Part shown: one piece after another, positions 38,625 through 48,444 of the stretch | Position numbering within the stretch: position 1 is the stretch's first letter | How the letters are laid out: the number at the start of each line of letters is the position of its first letter | NCBI GenBank assembly: GCA_963666425.2 | Contig: OY762825.2 | Span: 1,504,001 to 1,568,000, forward strand | Direction of reading: 5' to 3' | Origin: Bacillota bacterium | GTDB lineage: Bacteria; Bacillota; JAAYKD01 | DNA: 64,000 bases | The notes under the pieces: generated by a model | What the model was told of the DNA's origin: nothing | Seen by the model: the letters and a program-made list of their open reading frames with translations, nothing else | Database searches by the model: none | Translations under genes and position numbers: made by a program

Positions 38625-40067
38625 CTATTTGACTGCGGATGGTTTGATTCCTGCCGGAATGGGGCACTGATAACCCTCCGGACCAACCCGTTCAATTAGT
38701 TCAGCTTTGGCTTCCACTAATAACTGCGGCTGCAAAATCAAATCCAGACCGACACCAGCCATCGCCTTGGCAGCCGTCAGCATGCCATCGTGAGCCCAAT
38801 CTTCTTTGCCTTGGGCAACCTGCTGCCAGGAATGTCCCGGTGTATTCAGCGCGTAGCAGCTGCTGCGGCATTGAACCGTAGGAGTCAGCCAGGAAACGTC
38901 CGAAACATCGGTAGAACCGGAGGAAACTTTCTCGCTGGTCTGATAAGGCAGCAGTTTCGCCGAAATGGGATGAACCAATAATTCTGACGCCACTTTCTTG
39001 CCGGTGCGCTCACCAAACATGCCAATCAGAGTCTTCAGAGTACTGCCTTTTTCCTCTGTACTGAGCGATGCTTGGATTCCCTCGGCGTAAGCGATTTCCT
39101 GGGCGGTCGGCTTACGTTCCGGAATCAATTGTAAATTTTCATTCATTACTTTTTCCAATACTTCATTGGGAATCAGATTGGAACACGCCTTGTCAATCTG
39201 AATTTCCAGCTTGGTTTGAGTCATCAAAGCGGCGCCGCGAGCGATATCGCAGACACGCTCAAAAATATCCTGCACCAAGTTGTTCTTAGGAGCTCGGATT
39301 AAGTAGAGGACTTCGGCTAACGGCTGCACGACATTAGGGCTCTTGCCGCCCGCGTCGATCAAAGCGTAATGCACTCTGGCTTCGGAAATGATATGCTCCC
39401 TCAAATAATTGACGCCTACATTCATCAATTCTACGGCATCCAACGCGCTGCGGCCTAAATGCGGTGAAGCGCCGGCATGAGAAGCCCGACCGGTGAATTT
39501 GTAATAGACTTGGATATTCGCCAAAGAAGAACCGACAGAAGTTTGCGTCATTGCGCTGCCATGCCAAGTGATAGCGGCATCGATCGCATTGAAAACTCCC
39601 TCCCGCGCCATAAAGGCTTTACCGGACCCACCCTCTTCTCCCGGGCAGCCGAAATATTGGATGGTACAAGCAAGATGATTTTCTTTGACATAGTCGCGTA
39701 AAGCAACAGCGGCGGCCAAAGCGCCGGTACCCAGCAAATGATGACAGCAGCCATGCCCGTTTCCTCCGGGTTCAATGGCTTCCCGCTGGGCGCTGCCGGC
39801 TTTTTGGCTCAAACTGGAAAGCGCGTCGAATTCACCCAGGAAGCCAATCACCGGTTTCCCCTCACCCCAAGTGCCAACAAAGGCACAGGGAATGCGTGCT
39901 CCGAGATCCGTCACCGTAAAGTCCTCAGCTTTCAGTGCCTCAATTAAAGCAGCGGAAGATTTGTGTTCCTGAAAACGGGTTTCAGGAGTTACCCAAATCC
40001 GATCGCTTAAAGCAGACCATTGGTTTTTCTTCTGTTCGATGAGCTCAAATAAGTGTTGTTTCGACAT
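38625..40067 (-). CDS. abgB: M20 amidohydrolase, p-aminobenzoyl-glutamate hydrolase subunit B-like
   Basis: GEFDAL, GHGCCHH, PGEEGGSGK, GRSALDAVELM, GSTDVSDVSW and HSWQ. Start at ATG 40067 behind GGAAAGGA. Confidence 0.85.
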   Translation of the reverse strand: MSKQHLFELIEQKKNQWSALSDRIWVTPETRFQEHKSSAALIEALKAEDFTVTDLGARIPCAFVGTWGEGKPVIGFLGEFDALSSLSQKAGSAQREAIEPGGNGHGCCHHLLGTGALAAAVALRDYVKENHLACTIQYFGCPGEEGGSGKAFMAREGVFNAIDAAITWHGSAMTQTSVGSSLANIQVYYKFTGRASHAGASPHLGRSALDAVELMNVGVNYLREHIISEARVHYALIDAGGKSPNVVQPLAEVLYLIRAPKNNLVQDIFERVCDIARGAALMTQTKLEIQIDKACSNLIPNEVLEKVMNENLQLIPERKPTAQEIAYAEGIQASLSTEEKGSTLKTLIGMFGERTGKKVASELLVHPISAKLLPYQTSEKVSSGSTDVSDVSWLTPTVQCRSSCYALNTPGHSWQQVAQGKEDWAHDGMLTAAKAMAGVGLDLILQPQLLVEAKAELIERVGPEGYQCPIPAGIKPSAVK

Positions 40068-40158
40068 AAATTTCATCCTTTCCGATTTATCATTTCCAAC
40101 CGCCTTCTTGGCAGTCAGGGTAGCACCCATTTTTATGGCAATTATTAGAAAAAATCAC

Positions 40159-40186
40159 TTGCATTTCCCGGTGAATTCGCTATAAT
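40159..40186 (+). promoter_or_regulatory. SigA-type promoter facing an intergenic structured region
   Basis: TTGCAT-N16-TATAAT, with no credible + strand CDS downstream. Confidence 0.6.
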
Positions 40187-40191
40187 AGAAG

Positions 40192-40415
40192 CAATCGCGG
40201 TAGCAGCGAATTCGCGGAGAGATCAAGGCAACTTGTCACTTACGAATGTCTGCCGACGTCTGCGAGCATAAACCGTCTCTACTGTTTTGGTAGCAGACCG
40301 TGGCCGAGGCCGGCTCATTTGTCAGACGATGCGAGGGCTTGCGGCGGTTGTTCATCAACCGCCGGAGCGATTTTATATTTGCCACCTCAGAGATGAACGC
40401 TCTGGGGTTTTTTTT
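40192..40415 (+). ncRNA. Candidate structured non-coding RNA, family not recognised
   Basis: Promoter upstream and a + strand terminator at the 3' end. Ends pair (aatcgc/gcgatt) around several hairpins. Confidence 0.55.
40385..40415 (+). terminator. Intrinsic terminator oriented for the + strand
   Basis: cctcagag / ctctgggg stem followed by T8. Confidence 0.75.
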
Positions 40416-40418
40416 ACC

Positions 40419-41726
40419 CTATTCGCAGAGCAATGCGGCAATATCCGCCTCGAACAGCGCTTTAAAGAGCATCGTCATGGCATATTGGTCGTCGGTTCCG
40501 CTCAATTCGCGAACCGAGTGCATGGAGAGCATCGGATTGCCGATATCGACCGTGGTTGCGCCATAAGCCGCAGCCATGATGGGGCCAATCGTACCGCCGC
40601 CGCGGGCATCACTGTGATTGACTAAAATTTGATAAGGAATCTGGTTCTTGGCGCAGAGCCATTTAAAGATCGCTGTGCCGCGGCTGGAAGTCGCATAGGA
40701 TTGGAAGTTTGCCAATTTTAAGACCGGACCTTTGTTCATATAGACCGGATGGTTCAAGTCGCTTTTGGCAGCATAGCCCGGATGCACCGCATGCGCCATA
40801 TCGGCAGAAAATAAAAGGCTGGCCGACATCGCCCGGTATTTATCTTCCACGCTGAGGTTTAATTTCTCACAGATGCGGTCGATTGTCATCATCAGGCTGT
40901 TGCTGCGGGCACCGCGGGTGGAATTGGAGCCGATTTCTTCGTGGTCATAAGCGGCCACGATGATATTCTGTTCACTGTCGGCAGCTACCGCTTCCAACAA
41001 ACCGCAAAAAGCAGCATACACCATGGCCACATCATCCAGATGAGGTGCGGAAATCCATTCCTCCTTCTGCCCCACAAAACAGGCAGGCTGGATATCGATC
41101 GGCTGCAGTTCAAAACTTAAAATGTCCTCTGCCTGTACACCGGCCGCTGCTGCCAACCAATTCATGAATTGTTTTTCTTTGCCCTCATTCAAACCAAAGA
41201 AAGGACAAAGCTCTGTTTGCGCGCTGACCTTCGCATTTTCGTTGACATCACGCACCAAATGAATGGCAGCACTGGGGATGATGAAAATCGGTTGATTGAT
41301 CTGGATGGAAACGCTCTCAATGCCCGTTGCTGTTTTGACACAGATTCGTCCGGCTAAACCAAGCGGACGGTCAAACCAACCGCGAATGATCGGTCCGCCA
41401 TAAATTTCGATCATCAAGCGTTCCACATTTTGCTCGATGATGGTGCCAACCGGTTTGATTTTCAAGGCCGGCGAATCATGATGCGCCGCGCCGATCCGGA
41501 AGCCATTGGCAGCCAGCTCTCTGCTGCCCAAACGGAAGGCGACCAATTGCGTACCGTCTTTGACAAAATAGTAGAGCTGTTTTTGCTGCAATTGCCAGGG
41601 CTGACGTTCCTGTAATTCCACTGCTCCCGCTGCCTGCAGCATTTTCTTTAAAGCGGTGACCGATTGAAACGGCGTGGGAGAGGCATCCAAGTGCGCCATT
41701 AAGCGCTGGGCATACTCTTTTTTCAT
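40419..41726 (-). CDS. M18 family (aspartyl) aminopeptidase
   Basis: AHHDSP, YGG.I...WFDRPL, HEEIGS, SADMAHAVHP, GGTIGP and LSMHSVRE. Confidence 0.93.
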   Translation of the reverse strand: MKKEYAQRLMAHLDASPTPFQSVTALKKMLQAAGAVELQERQPWQLQQKQLYYFVKDGTQLVAFRLGSRELAANGFRIGAAHHDSPALKIKPVGTIIEQNVERLMIEIYGGPIIRGWFDRPLGLAGRICVKTATGIESVSIQINQPIFIIPSAAIHLVRDVNENAKVSAQTELCPFFGLNEGKEKQFMNWLAAAAGVQAEDILSFELQPIDIQPACFVGQKEEWISAPHLDDVAMVYAAFCGLLEAVAADSEQNIIVAAYDHEEIGSNSTRGARSNSLMMTIDRICEKLNLSVEDKYRAMSASLLFSADMAHAVHPGYAAKSDLNHPVYMNKGPVLKLANFQSYATSSRGTAIFKWLCAKNQIPYQILVNHSDARGGGTIGPIMAAAYGATTVDIGNPMLSMHSVRELSGTDDQYAMTMLFKALFEADIAALLCE

Positions 41727-41804
41727 CTGTCAGATTCATCCTTTCTATATTAAGTTGATCGATCACGAAACCAAATCAAGCAGCGATTCGGTTATCGCAG
41801 AACG

Positions 41805-42734
41805 CTATTTCGTCAGCCAGAGTGGCTGCATCGCCAACGGAATCACAAAAGGCACCATTTTGGGCAGCACGGTCATTTCGACCGTTTCCGCGCTGAAGAA
41901 TTCCCCGTCTATACAAACATGCAGCGTCTGTTGACCAACGATACGGACACGGCGATGTTTGCCATAATAGAGAATCTCTTGCAAACCCGGATGTCCGACA
42001 TGCTCGCCGCGCTGATAAAAAGGAATATACTTCAGGATGGTCATTCTGCCGACATAGCGAAAAAAGCAGGCATCCAGCACACCGTCTGCCGGGGTCGCCA
42101 GCGGAGTTGCTTGGTAACCGCTGCCATAAGTCGTGCCGTTGCCGAAGGCAGCCAGGATGAATTTCTGATCCGGCTGCGCAATGCCATCCAATTCGATGGT
42201 CATTTCCACACCATAGCGGCGAAAGAAACAAAAAGCCAGTGCCAGGTTATAAGCCATCGGTCCGCTGACCCCCGGTAAGTGTTGAAATTTGGTTTTAAAA
42301 TAAGCGGATTCCGCATCCAGCCCTACATTCAACAGATTTAAAGCGTAATGCTCATTCGCCTTGATCACATCCACCATAATTGTCTGACCTTTGGCCAATG
42401 CTTCGAGATTGAGAAAATCCTCGACCTTGCCGAAACACTTGAGAAAATCATTGCCGGATCCCAGCGGGACTACCGTCATCTCCCAGTTTTCCTGACCCAT
42501 GGCGCCGTGCAGCACCTCGTTCATGGTGCCGTCACCGCCGCAGGCATAAAAACGGATTTGCTCGCTGCTAGGCAGCCGTTCTTTCACCAAATTCACGGCA
42601 TGACCGGCATATTGGGTAAAAAGAATCTCATAATCCATTTGCAGCTGCCGCATCAATGCTTCGGCTTCTCTGACAAAATCAGTGAAATTTCGTTTGTGTC
42701 CTGCCTTGGGATTCACGATAAAAACATGTTTCAT
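41805..42734 (-). CDS. YegS/DAG-kinase family lipid kinase
   Basis: IVNPKAG, GGDGTMNEV, PLGSGNDF and IDGE. Confidence 0.93.
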   Translation of the reverse strand: MKHVFIVNPKAGHKRNFTDFVREAEALMRQLQMDYEILFTQYAGHAVNLVKERLPSSEQIRFYACGGDGTMNEVLHGAMGQENWEMTVVPLGSGNDFLKCFGKVEDFLNLEALAKGQTIMVDVIKANEHYALNLLNVGLDAESAYFKTKFQHLPGVSGPMAYNLALAFCFFRRYGVEMTIELDGIAQPDQKFILAAFGNGTTYGSGYQATPLATPADGVLDACFFRYVGRMTILKYIPFYQRGEHVGHPGLQEILYYGKHRRVRIVGQQTLHVCIDGEFFSAETVEMTVLPKMVPFVIPLAMQPLWLTK

Positions 42735-43025
42735 GCTGTGTCCTCATTTCTCAATGTGTTATTTTACTGATCCTAAGACATTTCTGGCAAACAGTATTTT
42801 TTTCCACACGCAGCCGATGAATTCCTGCATACGAAATAATCTGACCAGCTGAAATCGCTGAAATATCCGGCGAATCAATACATTTTTTGCTCCCATTCCG
42901 GATAGAGAAGCAAGCTTGCGTTTTCTGACGCGTGATGTTATAATCTATCATAAGATTACTGCAAACATCTATTAATGGTTATATTCTTTTTTATTTACAG
43001 ATCTGTTTCCATGGAGGTAACGGCA

Positions 43026-44183
43026 ATGGATTTCGGAAAACGACTCGTCTCCTGGTATTATGGCGATTACAGCAAAGCCTTTTTTCAAAAAAACAAAGTG
43101 ACGATCCAGCAGGAGAATGCGGAATCTCTGAGCAAAATAAGCGCAGCCGCCGGCCTCCTTGCCCTATTCATGCTTTTTTCTACCCTCAGGGTCGCCTATC
43201 TCGTCAATCTGCGCAGCGGTTATCTGCTTTTCAATTTCGTTTTCTGGGCTTTTGCCTTGTTTGCTCAGGCAGTCATAAAAAAAAAGCCACAGTATTCGGG
43301 GTACGCTCTTTATGCTTTTATGATTATGATTTATCTTTTTTCCTATTATATCAGTGTAATTTATAACAACGATTCCGCAGCCAGTACCTTTTTCGTCTTT
43401 CAAATTGTGCTGCCTGTTCTGTTTTTAATTCCACCGGGTGAAGCGGCCATCTTTAGTCTCGTCGTTACATTGGTTTTTTGTAAGCTTAGTTTTCTCTGGA
43501 AACCGTTGGATCTTGCCGCTTCAGATACGATCAACGGCTTGGCCTGTTATTGTATCGGTTTGATTCTGACTTATTTTGTGATCCATCTGCGCTTGAAGAG
43601 CATGGACCGGCAAGAGCTTCTGGAGCAGCAAAGAGATACGGATGTGCAAACCAATCTGCCCAATCGCCGTAAATTTAACCATATCATCGAACGGACCTTT
43701 CGTGATTTTCACGCATCACCCAGAGATTTCTATGTGCTGATGATGGATGTCGATTACTTTAAAGCTTATAACGATACCTTCGGACATGTGCAGGGCGACA
43801 ATTGTTTGGAATCGCTTGGCATTTTCTTTCACCAATTCGCCACACAAAATTCTATTTTCTTAGCACGCTATGGCGGCGAAGAATTTGTGGCCATTGATAC
43901 CCTGCATACGAAAGAAGCAGTTGAGCGTTTGGGCGAGCAGCTGATCCTGCAAACTGCCGCTCTGAAGATCAGCCACCCAAAGTCGCCCTATGGCGTCATT
44001 ACTTTAAGTGCGGGCTGTGCCGGTCTCTTGGAAACGCAGGCCGCAAACTATATGACACTGGTCAATTACGCGGATGATGCCCTCTATCAAGCCAAGCATA
44101 CCGGCAGAAATTCTTTTGTCGCTTGGCAACAAGGAATGACCAGACAGCCCGATTTCACCGACGACGGAATGGACAAGACGTAA
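43026..44183 (+). CDS. Membrane-bound diguanylate cyclase (GGDEF domain)
   Basis: About 6 TM helices, D.QTNLPNRR, DVDYFKAYNDTFGH and RYGGEEF. ATG at 43026 behind GGAGGT. Confidence 0.92.
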   Translation: MDFGKRLVSWYYGDYSKAFFQKNKVTIQQENAESLSKISAAAGLLALFMLFSTLRVAYLVNLRSGYLLFNFVFWAFALFAQAVIKKKPQYSGYALYAFMIMIYLFSYYISVIYNNDSAASTFFVFQIVLPVLFLIPPGEAAIFSLVVTLVFCKLSFLWKPLDLAASDTINGLACYCIGLILTYFVIHLRLKSMDRQELLEQQRDTDVQTNLPNRRKFNHIIERTFRDFHASPRDFYVLMMDVDYFKAYNDTFGHVQGDNCLESLGIFFHQFATQNSIFLARYGGEEFVAIDTLHTKEAVERLGEQLILQTAALKISHPKSPYGVITLSAGCAGLLETQAANYMTLVNYADDALYQAKHTGRNSFVAWQQGMTRQPDFTDDGMDKT

Positions 44184-44191
44184 TCCAACGA

Positions 44192-44241
44192 AAAATAAGA
44201 GCACGCTGAATCGTAGAAACATTCAAGCGTACTCTTATTTT
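44192..44241. terminator. Bidirectional terminator
   Basis: aaaataagag.acgc / gcgt.ctcttatttt inverted repeat between convergent genes. Confidence 0.7.
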
Positions 44242-44313
44242 ATCGTTCGGTGCCATAACTTTAACAAACCGCGGCGGAGCCCAATCGACTGAAAAGACTG
44301 CTGTGGTTCGCTT

Positions 44314-45198
44314 TTACAGCCAATTCCACTCTGGTAGATATTCCTCACTGGCAGCGCTGCGCTTTTGAAAGAAGCCATACTCCAAACCCAGTTCCAGCAG
44401 CGCATTTGCCACTTTAGCGTATTCCCGCTTGGTGATCCGCCGCTGTAATTCCGTTGGCAGCATCAATCCGGTTGGCGGGCAATATTGCGCCATCAGACTG
44501 ATATAAACTCCTTTGGGCAGCGCGTCCGCCAGCCACTGCAAGGCGGCAAGTGAATTTTTAGTATGCCCGGGTAAAATCAAATGCCGGACCATCAAGCCCT
44601 TTTGCATCATCCCGTTCGGATCATGCTGCGGCAGCCCTACCTGACGGACCATTTCCAAAATCGCCGCCTGCGCTTGCTGCGGATAATCGGCGGCGCCTGA
44701 GTACTGCAGTGCCAAATCCGCTTGATGATATTTATAATCCGGCAGATAGATATCCACCAAACCTTCCAATAGGCGTAACGTTTCCACCCGCTCATAACCG
44801 CTGCTGTTATAAACCACCGGGATTCGGAGCGGCTGCAGACGCAGCGCCTCTACAATCAGCGGCACATACGGCGTCGGACTGACTAAATTAATATTATGCG
44901 CCCCTGCTGCCTGCAGTTCCTGAAATATCGTTGCCAGTTCGGCAGCATTCACTACCTTACCGCAGCTGTGGCGGCTGATCAGATGGTTTTGACAATAGCT
45001 GCAGCGCAGCACACAACCGCTGAAAAAGACGGCTCCCGAACCCCTACTACCGCTGAGATTGGGTTCTTCACCAAAATGCAGGGCGGCTCGGCAAATACCG
45101 GGCAGCCACGGCAGACCGCAATAACCTTTGGATTCCCCGTGCTCCTGTCTCGTCACACCGCACTGACGCGGACAGAGCGTACATCGCTGTTGTTCCAT
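44314..45198 (-). CDS. Radical SAM protein, PflX (pyruvate-formate lyase activating enzyme-like) family
   Basis: CTLCPRQC, HFGEEP, GCVLRCSYCQN (CxxxCxxC), DIYLPD and VRHLILPG. ATG overlaps the upstream stop (TAATG). Confidence 0.9.
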   Translation of the reverse strand: MEQQRCTLCPRQCGVTRQEHGESKGYCGLPWLPGICRAALHFGEEPNLSGSRGSGAVFFSGCVLRCSYCQNHLISRHSCGKVVNAAELATIFQELQAAGAHNINLVSPTPYVPLIVEALRLQPLRIPVVYNSSGYERVETLRLLEGLVDIYLPDYKYHQADLALQYSGAADYPQQAQAAILEMVRQVGLPQHDPNGMMQKGLMVRHLILPGHTKNSLAALQWLADALPKGVYISLMAQYCPPTGLMLPTELQRRITKREYAKVANALLELGLEYGFFQKRSAASEEYLPEWNWL

Positions 45199-45770
45199 TA
45201 CTTGCGCCAATCAACAAATGTCCGGTCCTTTTGGTCGGAGCCATAGAAAAGTCCCATCATTTGCAGCTGATCATCCGCGGCAAAATCAAATTTCCACCAC
45301 AGTTTATAATCTTCGGAATAACATAAATAGCTGCGTCCTCCATTGACGGGCAGACCCAGTTTGTCCAAGACCTGGCGATTACTCAAAGAAAAGCTCACTC
45401 CCTTGATGTTATACTTGGCTGGATCTGTTTGGTTTTCTGCCAGTAAGCTGAAGCCGCTGATCACGAGCACAGCATTTTTACTGACCAGATTCACTTTCAA
45501 ATCCGCATATTCCGCAATCGGCAGTCCGGTCATTTCTGAATTCACCGTCTGCTCCGGTTCACCATACAATGTTTTAAAATCTGCAAAGGGTTGGTTGATC
45601 CAATCGAATAATTCAATCGGCTGTGTTTCCTCCGCACCCGTTACGGGGATCTGCGGAATTGGATCCGGTGTTTTCTCTGCCTCTTTCACTCTGCCACAGG
45701 CAGATAAAGCAAGCAAGACGAATAGACAAAACAAGAAAACGATGGTTTTATGTTGACGGTTGTTTCTCAT
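45198..45770 (-). CDS. Hypothetical lipoprotein
   Basis: Signal peptide with lipobox LSAC. Start at 45770 behind AAAGGAGG. Confidence 0.7.
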   Translation of the reverse strand: MRNNRQHKTIVFLFCLFVLLALSACGRVKEAEKTPDPIPQIPVTGAEETQPIELFDWINQPFADFKTLYGEPEQTVNSEMTGLPIAEYADLKVNLVSKNAVLVISGFSLLAENQTDPAKYNIKGVSFSLSNRQVLDKLGLPVNGGRSYLCYSEDYKLWWKFDFAADDQLQMMGLFYGSDQKDRTFVDWRK

Positions 45771-45971
45771 CCGAAACCTTCCTTTCATAAGAACGCGTAT
45801 CGGTCTATTCGTTACTTTTCGTGCTGTTCGCTTTCAACTCCTGCTTTTTCTGGCTTTTCGGGTTTTAGCATCCCAGGAAAGCCAGCAAACAAGAAGGGTT
45901 TCAGCGTCAGTAAGGCGTAATAAGAGAATGATTCTTTGATCATTTTTTTTGCAATAGAGGAGGAACTTTCG

Positions 45972-46985
45972 ATGTCTTCTGTCAGATTAGTTGAGGATTA
46001 TCGCGGCGGTATTTTAGAAAACGTCCATCGCGGTTTTATTGCTGTGGTTAATGACCGGGGAGAGGTAATCGGTTCTGCCGGCGACCCAAATCAAGTCGTT
46101 TTTTACCGTTCCGCATCCAAACCGATCCAGGCGCTGCCGGTCTTAGCCCATGGCATTGACCGCATGTTCGGCCTGACACCGGAAGAAACCACGGTGATGG
46201 CTGGCTCTCATCTGGGCGAACCCTTCCATGTTGCTGCCATTGAGTCAATCTTGCGTAAAATCGGCTGCAAAGAAGAAGATCTTTGCATGAAACCGACCTA
46301 TCCCGGCTATCTGCCGCGCCGCAATGAATTGATCTGCGCCGGTTTGCCCAAACGAAAAATCTACCATAATTGCTCCGGTAAACACAGCGCTGCCCTGGCG
46401 ATTTCCCGCTATCTCGGCGTTCCGATTGAAGGTTACTGGAAACCGGAACATCCGGCGCAGCAAGAAATCCTGCGTTGCATCAGTTATTTTACCGAACTGG
46501 CACCGAATCAGATCGGTATTGGCGTGGACGGCTGCGGTGTCCCCGTTTTTGCAGTCCCGCTACGCAATATGGCCTTGGGTGCGATGAAAATGGCCTGTCC
46601 CGATCGGATCAGCGATCCGCTCTGGGCAGAAGCGGCCGAGCGGATGGGGCATAATATGAACCGCTATTACCGGATGGTAACGGGCAGCAACTATATCTGT
46701 TCTTTGAATAATATGGATGACAATCTGGTCGCCAAAGGCGGCGCCGAAGGTGTTTATGGCATCGGGATGAGAAAACAACGCCTGGGCATCGCTTTCAAGT
46801 GTGAGGACGGTACGGAGGTTTGCTGGCCGCTGATCATCAATGAAATTTTTCGTCAGTTGGGTTATGAAAACGAAGCCGGCCGGCAACGGATGCTCAGCTT
46901 AGCCAAGCCTTATGTCATCAACGACAACGACGAAATGGTCGGTGAAAAGAAGATGGCCTTTGATTTGTTTGCTTCCGTCCAATAA
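45972..46985 (+). CDS. Rhizobium-type (class 3) L-asparaginase family protein
   Basis: RSASKP, SH.GE..H, NCSGKH, DGCG.P and AKGGAEG. Confidence 0.9.
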   Translation: MSSVRLVEDYRGGILENVHRGFIAVVNDRGEVIGSAGDPNQVVFYRSASKPIQALPVLAHGIDRMFGLTPEETTVMAGSHLGEPFHVAAIESILRKIGCKEEDLCMKPTYPGYLPRRNELICAGLPKRKIYHNCSGKHSAALAISRYLGVPIEGYWKPEHPAQQEILRCISYFTELAPNQIGIGVDGCGVPVFAVPLRNMALGAMKMACPDRISDPLWAEAAERMGHNMNRYYRMVTGSNYICSLNNMDDNLVAKGGAEGVYGIGMRKQRLGIAFKCEDGTEVCWPLIINEIFRQLGYENEAGRQRMLSLAKPYVINDNDEMVGEKKMAFDLFASVQ

Positions 46986-47029
46986 ACACTCGGACTCGGT
47001 TGGGGACAGCTTAGAAAGGAGCCGATACC

Positions 47030-48433
47030 ATGACTTCAGAGGTCAAAATCATTTCCTGCGACCCGTTTTACCTGACTCCCGTCTTTACGGCTTTGCCGCA
47101 GTTGGAGACGGAGGATTATCTGCGCCGCCTGAATTTGCTGCAGGAGAAAATGCAGAGCGCCGGTTTGACCCATTTGCTCGTTTACGCCGATCGGGAACAC
47201 TTTGCCAACATGGACTATTTGATTGGTCATGATCCGCGCTTCGAAGAAGCTCTGTTGATTCTCGATGCCAGTGGCGCTCGCACGTTGTTGGTAGGAAATG
47301 AAGGCTGGGGGCACAGCAGTCAGTTGCCGGTGCCAACCCAACGGATTTTACATCAAACCTTCAGCCTGCAGGGGCAGCCGCGGCAGCAGACGAAACCTTT
47401 GGCGCATCACCTGCGCCGGGCGGGAATCGGCAAGAGCAGCCAATTGGGCGTGATCGGTTACAAGTATTTTTTGGCGAGTGAAATGAAAGACGCAGAACAT
47501 CAGACCGATCTGCCTGCCTTTCTGATGGAAGAGATTTACCGGCTGACCCCACGCGCTCAGGTGTGTAATTTCACCGCCAGCCTGACCGGCTTACCGGATG
47601 GCATCCGCATGCGTCTTCGCAGCGCCAAAGAAGTGGCGATCTATGAGCAAATTGCCGAACGCACCGCTCAGAGCGTGATCCGCATGCTGAAATTCTTAAA
47701 ACCCGGGATCAGTGAACTCGAGCTGAGCGCGCTGGCCGCCCTGGATGCCCTACCGATCTCTGCCTTCCCCATGATCAACTTTGGCGCGGAACATGTGGCA
47801 AACGGTTTGCGTTCACCCAATGAGCATACCCTGCAGCTGGGCGACCCTGTTTGTATCTGCCGCGCGCTGCGCGGCGCTCTGGTCTCACGCGCCGGCCTTG
47901 CCGCTTATGACGAGGCTACCCTGCCGAGCAACTTGAAAAAGGTGACCGAGCAATTCTACCAGCCTTTTTGGGCGGCTATGGCTGCCTGGTATGAGACAGT
48001 GGGGATTGGGGTGACCGGCGGAGAACTGTATGAAAGCATCTTCTCCCGCATCGGCAGTCAGCGCTTTGGCGTCAGCTTAAATCCCGGCCACCATATCGGG
48101 GCTGACGAATGGACTAATTCCGAAATGGCGGCAGGTTCGGTCCTTGCTTTAACGGATGGCGCTTATCTGCAAAGCGATGTCATCGCTTCCCACGCGAAAC
48201 CGGTCTATTCCGCCATCATGGAAGACGGCCTCGTTTTAGCGGGAGCGGATCTGCGCCAGGCGCTGGCTCTGGAATACCCCCTTACCTGGCAGCGCATCCA
48301 AGAGCGCCGTGCTTTTATGCAAAACAGACTGGGTCTCCGGATCAAGCCGGAAGTGCTGCCGCTGTCATCGCTTTGCGGCGTTTATTTCCCTTATCTTTTG
48401 AACTGCAATCGCATCTTTAGTAAAGCGGAATAG
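47030..48433 (+). CDS. M24 / creatinase-Xaa-Pro aminopeptidase-like protein
   Basis: YADREHFAN..YL...DPRFEEA N-domain, LNPGHHI..DEW and EDG. Confidence 0.7.
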   Translation: MTSEVKIISCDPFYLTPVFTALPQLETEDYLRRLNLLQEKMQSAGLTHLLVYADREHFANMDYLIGHDPRFEEALLILDASGARTLLVGNEGWGHSSQLPVPTQRILHQTFSLQGQPRQQTKPLAHHLRRAGIGKSSQLGVIGYKYFLASEMKDAEHQTDLPAFLMEEIYRLTPRAQVCNFTASLTGLPDGIRMRLRSAKEVAIYEQIAERTAQSVIRMLKFLKPGISELELSALAALDALPISAFPMINFGAEHVANGLRSPNEHTLQLGDPVCICRALRGALVSRAGLAAYDEATLPSNLKKVTEQFYQPFWAAMAAWYETVGIGVTGGELYESIFSRIGSQRFGVSLNPGHHIGADEWTNSEMAAGSVLALTDGAYLQSDVIASHAKPVYSAIMEDGLVLAGADLRQALALEYPLTWQRIQERRAFMQNRLGLRIKPEVLPLSSLCGVYFPYLLNCNRIFSKAE

Positions 48434-48444
48434 GAAGTGGCAAG

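Noticed and set aside
40192-40372. Lysine, glycine or c-di-AMP riboswitch
   Set aside because: Only fragments resemble them (ggagag, gccga, ggagcg). The conserved cores are missing and there is no downstream + strand gene to regulate.
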